64,000 nt of DNA from an uncultured bacterium (GCA_963845185.1 CAWJRG010000009.1:288001-352000), one strand, 5' to 3'; positions 30,441 through 39,671 are shown, counted from the first letter of the stretch. Program-made: numbers and translations. The notes: generated by a model not told the origin, from the letters alone.

Positions 30441-31643
30441 ATGGCGCAAATAAAACCGCTTTTTCAGGATGGAACATACGTAAAAACAAATGATCTTAAC
30501 GCAATTACCACTTATATTGATACAATAGGTGCAATATTGGGAAACTTATTCCAGCCTGGTATTATTGGAGGATTACAGCTTACTGGTGCACCTTACTCGG
30601 GAAGAGTAAATGGGACTATAAGCTGCACTGCTGGGTTTGCAATGTTGAATTCCGGGAAACTGGTGCAATTTAATGCCGGAGATTTATATGTTCAAGCTGT
30701 AACATTTTATAACAACATAAGTTCTTCTGCAGTACCTGTATATGCAATACAAACGGGCACTATAGCCACAGCACAACGCCCAAATCTTGTTGGCCAAATA
30801 CAGACTGTTCAATTTGAAGATGTATTTACATTACAGTTTGGAGGACCTCCTCCAACTACTACTTTGAATTATTTTTTATGGATTACCATTGGCCAGAAAA
30901 TAAGCGGAAGTTTCATAAACCAAAGCGCGCTGCCTTCAACATTTGTGCTTGGATATAATTATGCCTTGAACAGTTTACAACATTTAGGCGGCATACCATC
31001 AACTACTTCACGATATACAGGTCCTTTGCTAGATGGAACAAACGCTATTGTTCCTGGTTCCATTACAAATCAATCACTTGGAGCGGCTTGTGTTACAACT
31101 GCGAATATTGCCCCCCTTGCAGTAACTGCAGCACAGATCGCTAATACTACTTTAACTCCATCTCAAATTGCAGCCGGTTATGGATTGATTCCAACTGGCA
31201 CAATTTTACCTTATGCAGGACTAAATAGCGGTATAAATAGCGGTACAATGTTTGGTCAATTTGTTACAAATGCTGGGTTTGTTTTGTGTGATGGTTCAAC
31301 ATATTCAATAGGAAATCCTGGAGATAAATACTATAATTTATCGCAGGTACTTTTGGGTACAAAGTGGAATCACACAGCTTATTCAGGAGGAAGTCCTCTA
31401 AGTTCTCCAGGAAGTGGTTCTTTTAGAGTTCCGGATCTACGTGGTTTATTTTTGCGTGGAGAAGATATGCTTAGTGGCAGTCCAGCATCAACAAGTGGAC
31501 GCGATTCTATAACTAATGGTGAGATTCCAGGAACATACCATGCAGATGAGATAGCCTCCGAGGGCGTAGGCCCGATGAATCGCGGAGATAAGGTAGAGGT
31601 TGAAGTAGGAGAAATAGGAAGATTGATTAATATAGTGGAATGA
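30441..31643 (+). CDS. Phage tail-collar/tail-fibre protein fused in frame to the FAH C-terminal ~28 aa
   Basis: IPTGTILPYAG..GFVLCDGS..FRVPDLRGLFLRG collar motif; ends with EGVGPMNRGDKVEVEVGEIGRLINIVE typical of FAH proteins. Confidence 0.8.
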   Translation: MAQIKPLFQDGTYVKTNDLNAITTYIDTIGAILGNLFQPGIIGGLQLTGAPYSGRVNGTISCTAGFAMLNSGKLVQFNAGDLYVQAVTFYNNISSSAVPVYAIQTGTIATAQRPNLVGQIQTVQFEDVFTLQFGGPPPTTTLNYFLWITIGQKISGSFINQSALPSTFVLGYNYALNSLQHLGGIPSTTSRYTGPLLDGTNAIVPGSITNQSLGAACVTTANIAPLAVTAAQIANTTLTPSQIAAGYGLIPTGTILPYAGLNSGINSGTMFGQFVTNAGFVLCDGSTYSIGNPGDKYYNLSQVLLGTKWNHTAYSGGSPLSSPGSGSFRVPDLRGLFLRGEDMLSGSPASTSGRDSITNGEIPGTYHADEIASEGVGPMNRGDKVEVEVGEIGRLINIVE

Positions 31644-31665
31644 TTTAAGGCGAGATATAGCCAAT

Positions 31666-31842
31666 CCGCCGACAAAGTTGGCGGTATCCTCTCCCTTGAC
31701 GGGAGAGGATAAAGGTGAGGGTGAAGCAGCAGCAAAACGGCATTAATGGTATAGATGTAAAGTGCCGCTACATCACCCTCATCCCGACCTTCCCCCGTCG
31801 AGGGGGAAGGGGTGTTCTTAAAGCCGCTGATAAAGTTGGCGG
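31666..31842. repeat. BIME-like cluster of REP-like palindromes
   Basis: CCTCTCCCTTGACGGGAGAGG..GGTGAGGGTG and inverted CACCCTCATCCCGACCTTCCCCCGTCGAGGGGGAAGGG, flanked by two CCGCYGAYAAAGTTGGCGG hairpins. Confidence 0.7.
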
Positions 31843-31858
31843 TAATTTATTAGGAGGA

Positions 31859-33019
31859 ATGAAAATGAAATATAACGACAGGATTTACAAACTACCGCCG
31901 TATATTTTTATTGAAATGGATAAAAAGAAAAAAGCAGCGCGGGAGGCAGGAAAGGATTTAATTGACCTTGGCATCGGCGATCCTGACAGGCCGACGCCTG
32001 AAAGGATACTTGGGTTTATCAAAGAGGAAGCAGACAAGCCGGCAAACCATACTTATCCCATAGGCAGGGGGCATAAAGTTTTTAAGGAAGCAATAATAAG
32101 ATGGATGTTGAAAAGATTTGACGTGGATGTAAACGACAAGGAGGTCCTTGCTTTGATAGGCGCCAAGGACGGCATCACGCATCTGCCGCTTGCTTTTGTC
32201 AATCCCGGGGATGTTGTCCTGATACCTGACCCTGGTTATCCGGGCTATATTGGCAGCGCCATAATTGCCGGAGCCACGCCTTACATAATGCCGCTGACAA
32301 AAGAAAATAATTTTCTGCCTGATATGAAAAAAATTCCCGAGGATGTTTATAAAAAAACAAAAATAATGTTTTTGAACTACCCAAATAACCCTACTTCCGC
32401 AATGGCAGGATTTGAGTTTTACGAGGAGGCGCTTTTTTACGCGCAAAAATATGATTTTATAATAGCGCAGGACGCGCCTTATTCCGAAATATATTTCAAG
32501 GATCCGCCCATATCGATACTGGAAATAAAGGACGCGAAAAAGAACGTGATTGAGTATTTCTCGATGTCAAAAACCTATAATATGACAGGATGGAGAGTCG
32601 GGTTCGCCGTAGGCGGCGAGGATATAATAAACGGGCTTGGCATTGTGAAAGAAAACATGGATTCAGGCACGGTTACCGCGCTTCAGATAGCATCTGCCCG
32701 CGCGCTTGATAACTGCGACAAAGAGGCCAGCCAGATAAGGGCGCTTTACAAGAAACGCGCTGAAGTGTTTTATAAAGGCTTAAAATCAGCGGGTTTTGGC
32801 GTGCTGGAGCCGGTCGCGACGCTTTATTTGTGGATGGCGATACCGGATAAATATACATCCATGGAATTTGCCTCCAAACTGCTGGATGAAGCAGGAGTTG
32901 TGGTTACTCCGGGCATAGGCTTCGGCCAGTCAGGCGATAAATACATAAGGATAGCGCTGACAATCGAGGAAGAAGTGATTGAAAAAGCGCTGGACCGGCT
33001 GGGTAGATTCAAGGCGTAA
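31859..33019 (+). CDS. dapL: LL-diaminopimelate aminotransferase (class I PLP aminotransferase)
   Basis: LPPYIF, DLGIGDPD, NYPNNPT, SMSKTYNMTGWRVG; last gene of the dap operon; AGGAGG RBS. Confidence 0.85.
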   Translation: MKMKYNDRIYKLPPYIFIEMDKKKKAAREAGKDLIDLGIGDPDRPTPERILGFIKEEADKPANHTYPIGRGHKVFKEAIIRWMLKRFDVDVNDKEVLALIGAKDGITHLPLAFVNPGDVVLIPDPGYPGYIGSAIIAGATPYIMPLTKENNFLPDMKKIPEDVYKKTKIMFLNYPNNPTSAMAGFEFYEEALFYAQKYDFIIAQDAPYSEIYFKDPPISILEIKDAKKNVIEYFSMSKTYNMTGWRVGFAVGGEDIINGLGIVKENMDSGTVTALQIASARALDNCDKEASQIRALYKKRAEVFYKGLKSAGFGVLEPVATLYLWMAIPDKYTSMEFASKLLDEAGVVVTPGIGFGQSGDKYIRIALTIEEEVIEKALDRLGRFKA

Positions 33020-33119
33020 TCCCTTCTCCCTTTTTTACGGTAATACAGCGCAAACCAGCCAGGCAGGGCGAAAAATCCCCAAAAGCCGGCGGAAAAGAAA
33101 AATTTATGCGGGGTACATC

Positions 33120-34970
33120 ATGAAGATATCAATTTCCAAAATCCGCTTTAATCCCGAAAACCCAAGGCATTTTATCAACCCTGACGGTATAGACAGCCTG
33201 GCCGCGTCCATGGAGGCAGATGGCCAGCTTGAATCCGTGAAAGTCCGCGAACTAACTCCCCAGGACACACCATCGCAGGGGTGCACCGCTATAGAGCCTG
33301 CCGAATACGAGCTTTTTGAGGGCGAGAGGCGCCTGCGGGCAGCAATGAAACTGGGCTGGACCGAGATAGAGGCTGAAGTATTTACGGGAAACAGGGAGGA
33401 CTTTTCCCTGAAGGGGTTCATGAACAATAATGGGGAGCCATACCACTGGCTGGACAAGTACAGGTATATAGCCGATTACATGGCAAAGCACCCCGACCTG
33501 ACACAAAGACAAATTGCAGACAAGCTTAACGTCGGCCTGACCATAGTTAATAACGCAAACAAAGTCATACCCCTGCTAAATGAGGGCGCAATGGCTGAAA
33601 TTGTTCGCATTGCGAACAAAACCACTGACTGGGAGGTGCCTGAAAGGTCAGTAGTTACGCTTTCCGGGCTGGCAAATGGCCAAAATAACGTTCTTGACCT
33701 TATGGAAAGGGCTCTGAAGGTGCTTATAGCCGGGAAAATGACTGAAAAACAGGTCAAAAAGCTGGCGGAGTGGGTAAAAGCAGGCAATTCACCGGAATCC
33801 TTCGGGGAGAGCGGCAAAACACACCCCTCGCCCCCTGAGGCGGGAGAGAGTCAGAGTGAGGGGGCTACTTCTGTAGCTGCAAATTCCGCTGAAGGCGACC
33901 AGGAATCCGGCCTAAACGGCGGGCGGCATGCCAAATTGTTGCAGGAGCTGAAGGATACAGGGTATTTTGAGATAAAAACGCCAGCCAAGAGCGGCCTTAA
34001 TATTATAATACAGGACGAGGACAGCGGCGCATTGGCAGCGCTTGGCGCGGCAGGGGCGATTTGGGCGCTGGGTCATCCGGATGGCGGCAAGCTGGACGAT
34101 AACCCGTATCTGGCAGACTTGCCCGGGCTCATAAAAGAAGTTCAAGGTTCAAGGCTCAATGGTCAACCAGCCTACGCCAACGCTATGGCGCACAAGCAGG
34201 CGGCTAAGGCAGCTCAAGAGGAAAGTAAAGTTCAAGGTTCAAAAGCTCAAGGGGTTCAAAGTGAGGGTATGGTAAGTAAATTCCAAATCCCAAACTCTGA
34301 AAATCCCAAATTGAATTCCCTTGACCTTGTTAAAAATATTTTGACAGCTGCCTCGGGCCACACGCCAAAGACTTTTTCCGGCAAAATATTGAAAACAGCG
34401 GCCATGTGGATGGCAAATAAGTTCAATAGCTCAACGGTCAAGGTTCAAGGTAATGAATTCCAAATTCCAAACTCTGAAAATCCCAAATTGAATAGTGCCA
34501 AATCCCAAATTCCGAATGGCTCTGCCGTAGTACGCAACACGATATTTGTAGTCATTGCTATTGCGATAGGTGCCTTTGCCCTGCTGCTTGGCCTGAAGAA
34601 GATAGCGCCTGGCGGACACTTCAGGGCTGCGTATTCTGCGGCGGCGCAAAAGCCAGGTGTTGTAACGCCTGTCACGTATAATAAGAGCAGGGAGTGGAAA
34701 CAGGCAATGCAGTGTTTTGCGGCAGCGGATTACGCAAGCGCGTTTATGTGGCTTGGAAAAACCGAGGAGAAATACGGCGACCAGGCGGATATTTACAGAT
34801 TAATGGGAGACTGCGAAAATAAACTGGGTAATTATCCGGATGCGGTAGAGCTCTATGAAAAGTATTCGAAAATGAACCCGGACGACGAGGAAATAAAAGC
34901 GAAGATTGAAGAGTTAAAGTCGACTGTGTCGCCGCCCGCCGGAATGGAAGAACCCACGCAGGAGCAGTAG
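33120..34970 (+). CDS. ParB-N domain protein with HTH, low-complexity linker, TM segment and C-terminal TPR
   Basis: NPENPR, LAASM..DGQL, YELFEGERRLRA..LGW; LTQRQIADKL HTH; TM IFVVIAIAIGAFALLLG; TPR-like tail. Confidence 0.75.
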   Translation: MKISISKIRFNPENPRHFINPDGIDSLAASMEADGQLESVKVRELTPQDTPSQGCTAIEPAEYELFEGERRLRAAMKLGWTEIEAEVFTGNREDFSLKGFMNNNGEPYHWLDKYRYIADYMAKHPDLTQRQIADKLNVGLTIVNNANKVIPLLNEGAMAEIVRIANKTTDWEVPERSVVTLSGLANGQNNVLDLMERALKVLIAGKMTEKQVKKLAEWVKAGNSPESFGESGKTHPSPPEAGESQSEGATSVAANSAEGDQESGLNGGRHAKLLQELKDTGYFEIKTPAKSGLNIIIQDEDSGALAALGAAGAIWALGHPDGGKLDDNPYLADLPGLIKEVQGSRLNGQPAYANAMAHKQAAKAAQEESKVQGSKAQGVQSEGMVSKFQIPNSENPKLNSLDLVKNILTAASGHTPKTFSGKILKTAAMWMANKFNSSTVKVQGNEFQIPNSENPKLNSAKSQIPNGSAVVRNTIFVVIAIAIGAFALLLGLKKIAPGGHFRAAYSAAAQKPGVVTPVTYNKSREWKQAMQCFAAADYASAFMWLGKTEEKYGDQADIYRLMGDCENKLGNYPDAVELYEKYSKMNPDDEEIKAKIEELKSTVSPPAGMEEPTQEQ

Positions 34971-34980
34971 AAGTGATGCT

Positions 34981-35131
34981 AAAAAAGCTTTGGACCATTT
35001 TAAGAAGGGTTCGTGAATACCGAATGCCGAATTCCAAATGGCCTTGGCGGAAGGCGGTAAAATGGATATTAAAGAAATTAAAAAAGGGTTCATGATTGGA
35101 ATGCGTTGAGAAAGCAGTGGAAAAGTGGTAA
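34981..35131 (+). repeat. Island intergenic module, copy A
   Basis: Similar to 36430-36592; core TWAARAAGGRTT.RTGA..GAATGC occurs twice. Confidence 0.8.
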
Positions 35132-35174
35132 GCTGGACAAAACACCTGATAAAATAACAGAAAGGATCAGGGAA

Positions 35175-36293
35175 ATGAGATTAAATAATCTTATAGAAGT
35201 AATAGAAAAAACACAGCAGGCTCTGAAAAAGAACGCGCTGACGGCGGTTAATGTTTCGCTGACAATACGAAACTGGCTGATAGGATATTATGTAGTAAGG
35301 TATGAACAAAAAGGGGAAGACAGGGCAAAATACGGTGAAAAACTGTTTGTTGAGATTTCTGGAAAACTTAAAAATAAAGGAATAAAGGGAATGTCGGAAA
35401 CGGCGTTAAGGCTATTCAGGCAATTTTATAAAACTTATCCTGAGCTGCTTAATCCGCCAGCCGGGCTTTTGCAGGCGTCCGGAGGAATAATTCATCAGTC
35501 AGTGACTGATGAATTGGTAAAAGAAGCACAAAAAGGCCTGCGTAGTGAAATGATAAAACAGATGTCTTTTACGCATATCGTTGAGCTTCTTAAAGTTGAT
35601 ACGGAATATAAACGCACGTTTTATGAAACTGAAGCAATCAGAGGCAACTGGTCTGTAAGGCAGTTAAAAAGGCAGATGGGTTCTCTACTGTATGAAAGAA
35701 CAGCGCTTTCAAAACGCAAGGCCCATCTTGTAAAAAAGACGGAATCCGTGCCGGACAAATTTAAAATCGAAGATACAATCAAAGACCCATATGTGCTTGA
35801 ATTCGCGGGCCTGCAGGAAAAGCCCGAGTACTCCGAAAACGACCTTGAAAGGGCCCTTATTACACATATTCAGGAATTTCTGCTGGAGCTTGGGACAGGT
35901 TTCTGTTTTGAAGGCAGGCAATACAGGATAACTACAGGCGGGGAACATGACAGGATAGACCTCGTTTTTTATCACAGGATTCTTCGCTGCCATGTCCTGA
36001 TAGACCTGAAAATAAGGGAGTTTTCACATGCCGATGCAGGGCAGATGAATTTTTATCTTAACTATTTCAGGGACAAGGTGATGAAACCGGGAGACAACCC
36101 GCCTGTGGGGTTGATACTATGTACTTATAAAGACAAAGCAAAGGTAAAATACTCCACAATAGGGCTCGACAACAGGTTGTTTGTTTCAAAATACAAAGTA
36201 TATCTGCCTTCGGAGCGCGAATTACTTCAGGAACTTGAAAGGGAAAAAGAGGATTTTATGCTTAAAGAAGAAGCGGCAAAATATGGGGAATGA
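35175..36293 (+). CDS. DUF1016/YhcG family PD-(D/E)XK nuclease, copy 1
   Basis: RNWLIGYY, RAKYG, WSVRQLKRQ, KDPYVLEF, FLLELGTGFCF, IDLVFYHRILRC, GQMNFY. Confidence 0.92.
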   Translation: MRLNNLIEVIEKTQQALKKNALTAVNVSLTIRNWLIGYYVVRYEQKGEDRAKYGEKLFVEISGKLKNKGIKGMSETALRLFRQFYKTYPELLNPPAGLLQASGGIIHQSVTDELVKEAQKGLRSEMIKQMSFTHIVELLKVDTEYKRTFYETEAIRGNWSVRQLKRQMGSLLYERTALSKRKAHLVKKTESVPDKFKIEDTIKDPYVLEFAGLQEKPEYSENDLERALITHIQEFLLELGTGFCFEGRQYRITTGGEHDRIDLVFYHRILRCHVLIDLKIREFSHADAGQMNFYLNYFRDKVMKPGDNPPVGLILCTYKDKAKVKYSTIGLDNRLFVSKYKVYLPSERELLQELEREKEDFMLKEEAAKYGE

Positions 36294-36429
36294 ATCCCGT
36301 AAAGACAAGCCTCTGGTTTCTGGTTTCAAGTCTCTATGTAAGGAAGCCTCTGAACAAGAAACCAGGAATCAGAAATTAGAAACTTTTTCAGAATGCCGAA
36401 TCCCGAATGGCCTTTAATGAACCGGCGCA

Positions 36430-36592
36430 AAAAAGCTGTGGAAGCATTTTAAGAAGGGTTCGTGATGGAATGCCAAATTCCAAATTCCGAATTCCAAATG
36501 GTTTTTAATGAAGAAAGGGGTAAAATGGATTTTAAAGAAATTTAAGAAGGATTTGTGATGGGATGCGTTGAGAAAGCAGTGGAAAAGTGATA
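36430..36592 (+). repeat. Island intergenic module, copy B
   Basis: Similar to 34981-35131; shares ATGCGTTGAGAAAGCAGTGGAAAAGTG exactly. Confidence 0.8.
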
Positions 36593-36665
36593 AAGTAAGA
36601 TAACATGAAAGAGGATAAATTACCAGGGAACAGGCAAATCAAAACCTAAAGTATAAGGAGCAGGA

Positions 36666-37787
36666 ATGAAAATCATTGAGAAGGCAGGCACTTTTAACAG
36701 CCTTGTATCCGCAATAAAGGACGTAGATAAACAGTTGGCGGCGCAGGCAAACAAAGCGGTTAATGTCAGCCTGACAATGAGAAACTGGTTTATAGGGTTC
36801 TATATACACGAATACGAAATGAATGGCGCCGACCGTTCCAGATATGGCGCGCGCCTGCTGCCTGCATTATCTGAAAAGCTGTCTGCAGTAAATGTAAGCA
36901 ATACAAACCGCAGGCAACTGTACCGGTATTTACGGTTTTACAGATTGTATCCCTCAATTGTGCGGACACTGCCCCCACAATTGGCAAAAGCCCTGCTGCA
37001 AGGCGCTGTAACAGAAAAAGTGGGGACACTGTCCCCACTTTTGGCAAAGAGGCAGGGAGAAATTATAAGCAGACTTTCTTACAGCCATATCGAACTGCTT
37101 GTTGACATGGAAGACGATACTAAACGCGCTTTTTATGAAATGGAATGCATGCGCGGTGGATGGTCGGTCAGGGAACTAGAGCGGCAGATAAACAGCCTGT
37201 ATTACGAACGCTCCGGACTTTCGAAAAATAAGAAGAAATTAAGCGTAATGACTCATGCAAAGGCCGAAAAAAACGAAAACAAACTGGACATAAGGGACCC
37301 GTTTGTTTTTGAGTTTCTAGGCCTTAAAGCAAAGGAAGTCATGGCTGAATCGCAAATAGAGGACGCCCTGATTGACAAACTGCAGGAATTCCTGCTGGAA
37401 CTCGGGCACGGGTTTTGTTTTGAGGCAAGGCAGAAACGTATACTGATAGGCGAAGAAAACGGGTTCATAGACCTGGTGTTTTATCACAGGGTTTTAAAGT
37501 GCCATGTACTTGTGGAGCTGAAACTCGGAAAATTCAGCCATGAGAATATAGGGCAGCTCAATACTTACGTGAGCTGGTATAAAAAGAACATGATGGAAAA
37601 GGGCGATAATCCGCCTGTGGGAATACTCCTTTGCACCAAAAAAGACCATGCGCTTGTCGAATACGCGCTTGCCGGCATGGATAACAAACTTTTCGTGTCG
37701 AAATACAAGCTTGAGCTGCCGAAGAAAGAAGAAATGGAAAGGTTTATGGAGGAACAAATTGAAAGAACCGGGACGGGCAGGTTGTAA
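36666..37787 (+). CDS. DUF1016/YhcG family PD-(D/E)XK nuclease, copy 2
   Basis: RNWFIGFY, WSVRELERQ, RDPFVFEFL, FLLELGHGFCFEARQ, GQLNTY. Confidence 0.92.
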   Translation: MKIIEKAGTFNSLVSAIKDVDKQLAAQANKAVNVSLTMRNWFIGFYIHEYEMNGADRSRYGARLLPALSEKLSAVNVSNTNRRQLYRYLRFYRLYPSIVRTLPPQLAKALLQGAVTEKVGTLSPLLAKRQGEIISRLSYSHIELLVDMEDDTKRAFYEMECMRGGWSVRELERQINSLYYERSGLSKNKKKLSVMTHAKAEKNENKLDIRDPFVFEFLGLKAKEVMAESQIEDALIDKLQEFLLELGHGFCFEARQKRILIGEENGFIDLVFYHRVLKCHVLVELKLGKFSHENIGQLNTYVSWYKKNMMEKGDNPPVGILLCTKKDHALVEYALAGMDNKLFVSKYKLELPKKEEMERFMEEQIERTGTGRL

Positions 37788-38019
37788 TCCAAAATCTTGA
37801 ATTATTTTTTCATTGAAAATTGGAAATTGATAATTGAGAATTGTTGAATGATGGATTTTAAAGAAATTCAAGAAGGATATTTGATTGAAATGCCAAAGGG
37901 AGGAATATCAGATATCCGATATTTGATACTGGATATTTTAATCCCGGATTCCGAACAGTCTTTACTTCACCAGAAACCAGGAATTAGAAACAAGAAACTT
38001 CAGATAGGAGGAGAATTTT

Positions 38020-38478
38020 ATGGCGCAGCGAACTAAGTACATAGGTTTGGGCAGGTCGGCTTTAAAAATAAAGTACAAAAAGGCTTTTTATGACTGGGTG
38101 AATTTTAACTATAAATACGACGACCCCTGTGGCGTATATCCGGTGAGACCCGAGGAGGAGTACGACACAGGCAATGTGTACCTCATCCGTGAATTGAACG
38201 ACTCACCAATGGTTTGGGAAAAATGGATAAGGAAGAATTTTCTCAAGATATTCAGGCATGAATTGTACATATGGGAAAACCACAGCAACAGATGGCCCAA
38301 GAACCTGACATGGAAGAAATTCGATAAATTTTTCGAGTATGGTTTCAATCTGGGAGTGTACGATCTTGACGAAGGCAGGCCGATTTACGGCCTCAGCCCT
38401 GGCAGCAGTGAATTGAAACTAATGGATAGGCAGGTCAAAACTTTGAAAAAATGGATGCGCATGCGGGGAAAAATATAG
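38020..38478 (+). CDS. Hypothetical protein
   Basis: AGGAG RBS; aromatic-rich ORF (FYDWVN..VYLI.E..IFRHEL..WPKNL). Confidence 0.7.
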   Translation: MAQRTKYIGLGRSALKIKYKKAFYDWVNFNYKYDDPCGVYPVRPEEEYDTGNVYLIRELNDSPMVWEKWIRKNFLKIFRHELYIWENHSNRWPKNLTWKKFDKFFEYGFNLGVYDLDEGRPIYGLSPGSSELKLMDRQVKTLKKWMRMRGKI

Positions 38479-38603
38479 AAGCCGGCCGGCCGCCTAAAAA
38501 AAAGCGTGAAAAAGCTGTGGAAGCATTTTAAGAAGGATATTTGATTGGAATGCCGAAGGGTTTGTTGAAGGATGGATTTTGAGGTGAAAGGAGAAACTTT
38601 ATA

Positions 38604-39245
38604 ATGAAAAGAAAAAAAATGAAAAAAATTTTTATCGAATGTCCCTTTTGTAACGATAAAAATGAAGGAGAAATAATTGGAACTAATCTAGAGGATGTTA
38701 ATCCAGAAGATGATATTCCATATACGACGATATCATTAGTTAGATGCAAGAAATGTAGAAAGGCAATTCTGTTAAAAGATGAATTACAACCAATCAAAGA
38801 TACCGATGAGTGGGCCTGTAGTGGTGATGAACGCTTATGGCCAAGTCCGGAATTTATTTTTGACAATGCGATACCAGCAAATATAAGAAAATCCTTGGAA
38901 GAAGCATACAGATGTTATAAAGTTAGAGCTTATGATGCTTGTGCGGTAATGTGCGGAAAAGCACTTGAAGCTGTCGGGAAAGAATATAAGGTTGAGTCTG
39001 ATACTCTTGATAAAATTCTTAAAGAATTAAAAGAAAAAGAAATTATAGATAAAAGAATTGTTGAATGGGGGGATGCATTAAGAAGAATTAGAAATATAGG
39101 AGCTCATGCTTCGACTGCTGAAATAACGAATCAAGATGCGGTTGATTTGCTTGAATTTATAAAGGCCATATGCGAATATATATTTGTATTAACTAAAAGG
39201 TATGATACTTTCAAGGCCAGATTAGGAAAAAAGATAGGTGAATGA
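38604..39245 (+). CDS. Zn-ribbon plus DUF4145 (HEPN-like) protein
   Basis: CPFC/CKKC, EEAYRCY..ACAVMCGKALE, RRIRNIGAH (RxxRNxxxH). Confidence 0.8.
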   Translation: MKRKKMKKIFIECPFCNDKNEGEIIGTNLEDVNPEDDIPYTTISLVRCKKCRKAILLKDELQPIKDTDEWACSGDERLWPSPEFIFDNAIPANIRKSLEEAYRCYKVRAYDACAVMCGKALEAVGKEYKVESDTLDKILKELKEKEIIDKRIVEWGDALRRIRNIGAHASTAEITNQDAVDLLEFIKAICEYIFVLTKRYDTFKARLGKKIGE

Positions 39246-39431
39246 ATGGACGAGAAATTGGAAAACGTACTAAAAGGACAATCTGAAGCCTCAGAAAAGA
39301 GATTTTGAAGCTGAAACTAAGGAAGGTTATCTCGCTCTTTGAGCGTAACGATAAGCTAAAAATCAACACTGTTTACAGATGAAGAACGCAGAAATAGAGT
39401 TTAAAACTATATAGGGGAAGGTGATAAATTA

Positions 39432-39671
39432 ATGGACACCGTCGTAATAAATGCTAAGGAAGAATATGCATATGGTTATATAATTAATGCGTTAGCGGGA
39501 GGATTATATCCCGATAAATTTCATGTCATAAGAGAATATATTCAAAATGGTTATGATGCAATAATAAATTGGAAGAAGATTTCGAAAGATAAAACTTCAA
39601 GTATTAAGGTTGTATTAAATAAACCTTCTATTATCAGACCTTGCCCTTTGAACAGTTCAGAACTTAACTAA
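39432..39671 (+). pseudogene. Truncated GHKL (Hsp90/MORC-like) ATPase N-terminus
   Basis: LAGGLYPDKFHVIREYIQNGYDA N-box; breaks off before the expected DNG motif. Confidence 0.65.

Larger units (their letters stand above)
27964..31556. mobile_element. Phage-derived DNA fragment (with internal IS1380) inserted in the FAH gene
   Basis: Separates the two halves of the FAH gene; holds a transglycosylase-like fragment, a Thr/Pro-rich fragment and a tail-collar gene; no integrase. Confidence 0.75.

Noticed and set aside
27964..31556. Intact prophage or tailocin
   Set aside because: Only fragments are present; no integrase, capsid, sheath or att sites
31715..31858. N-terminal extension of dapL in the ORF track (similar extensions at 32979, 35106, 17981, 59902)
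   Set aside because: Extensions translate repeats or intergenic DNA; homology and, in most cases, a better RBS start at downstream ATGs
37848..38036. 62 aa ORF (and the 78 aa ORF at 36181-36417)
   Set aside because: Composed of the intergenic module and 7-bp repeats; likely non-coding
34981..38570. Island repeats as a CRISPR array
   Set aside because: Copies are degenerate, irregularly spaced and separated by whole genes; no cas genes
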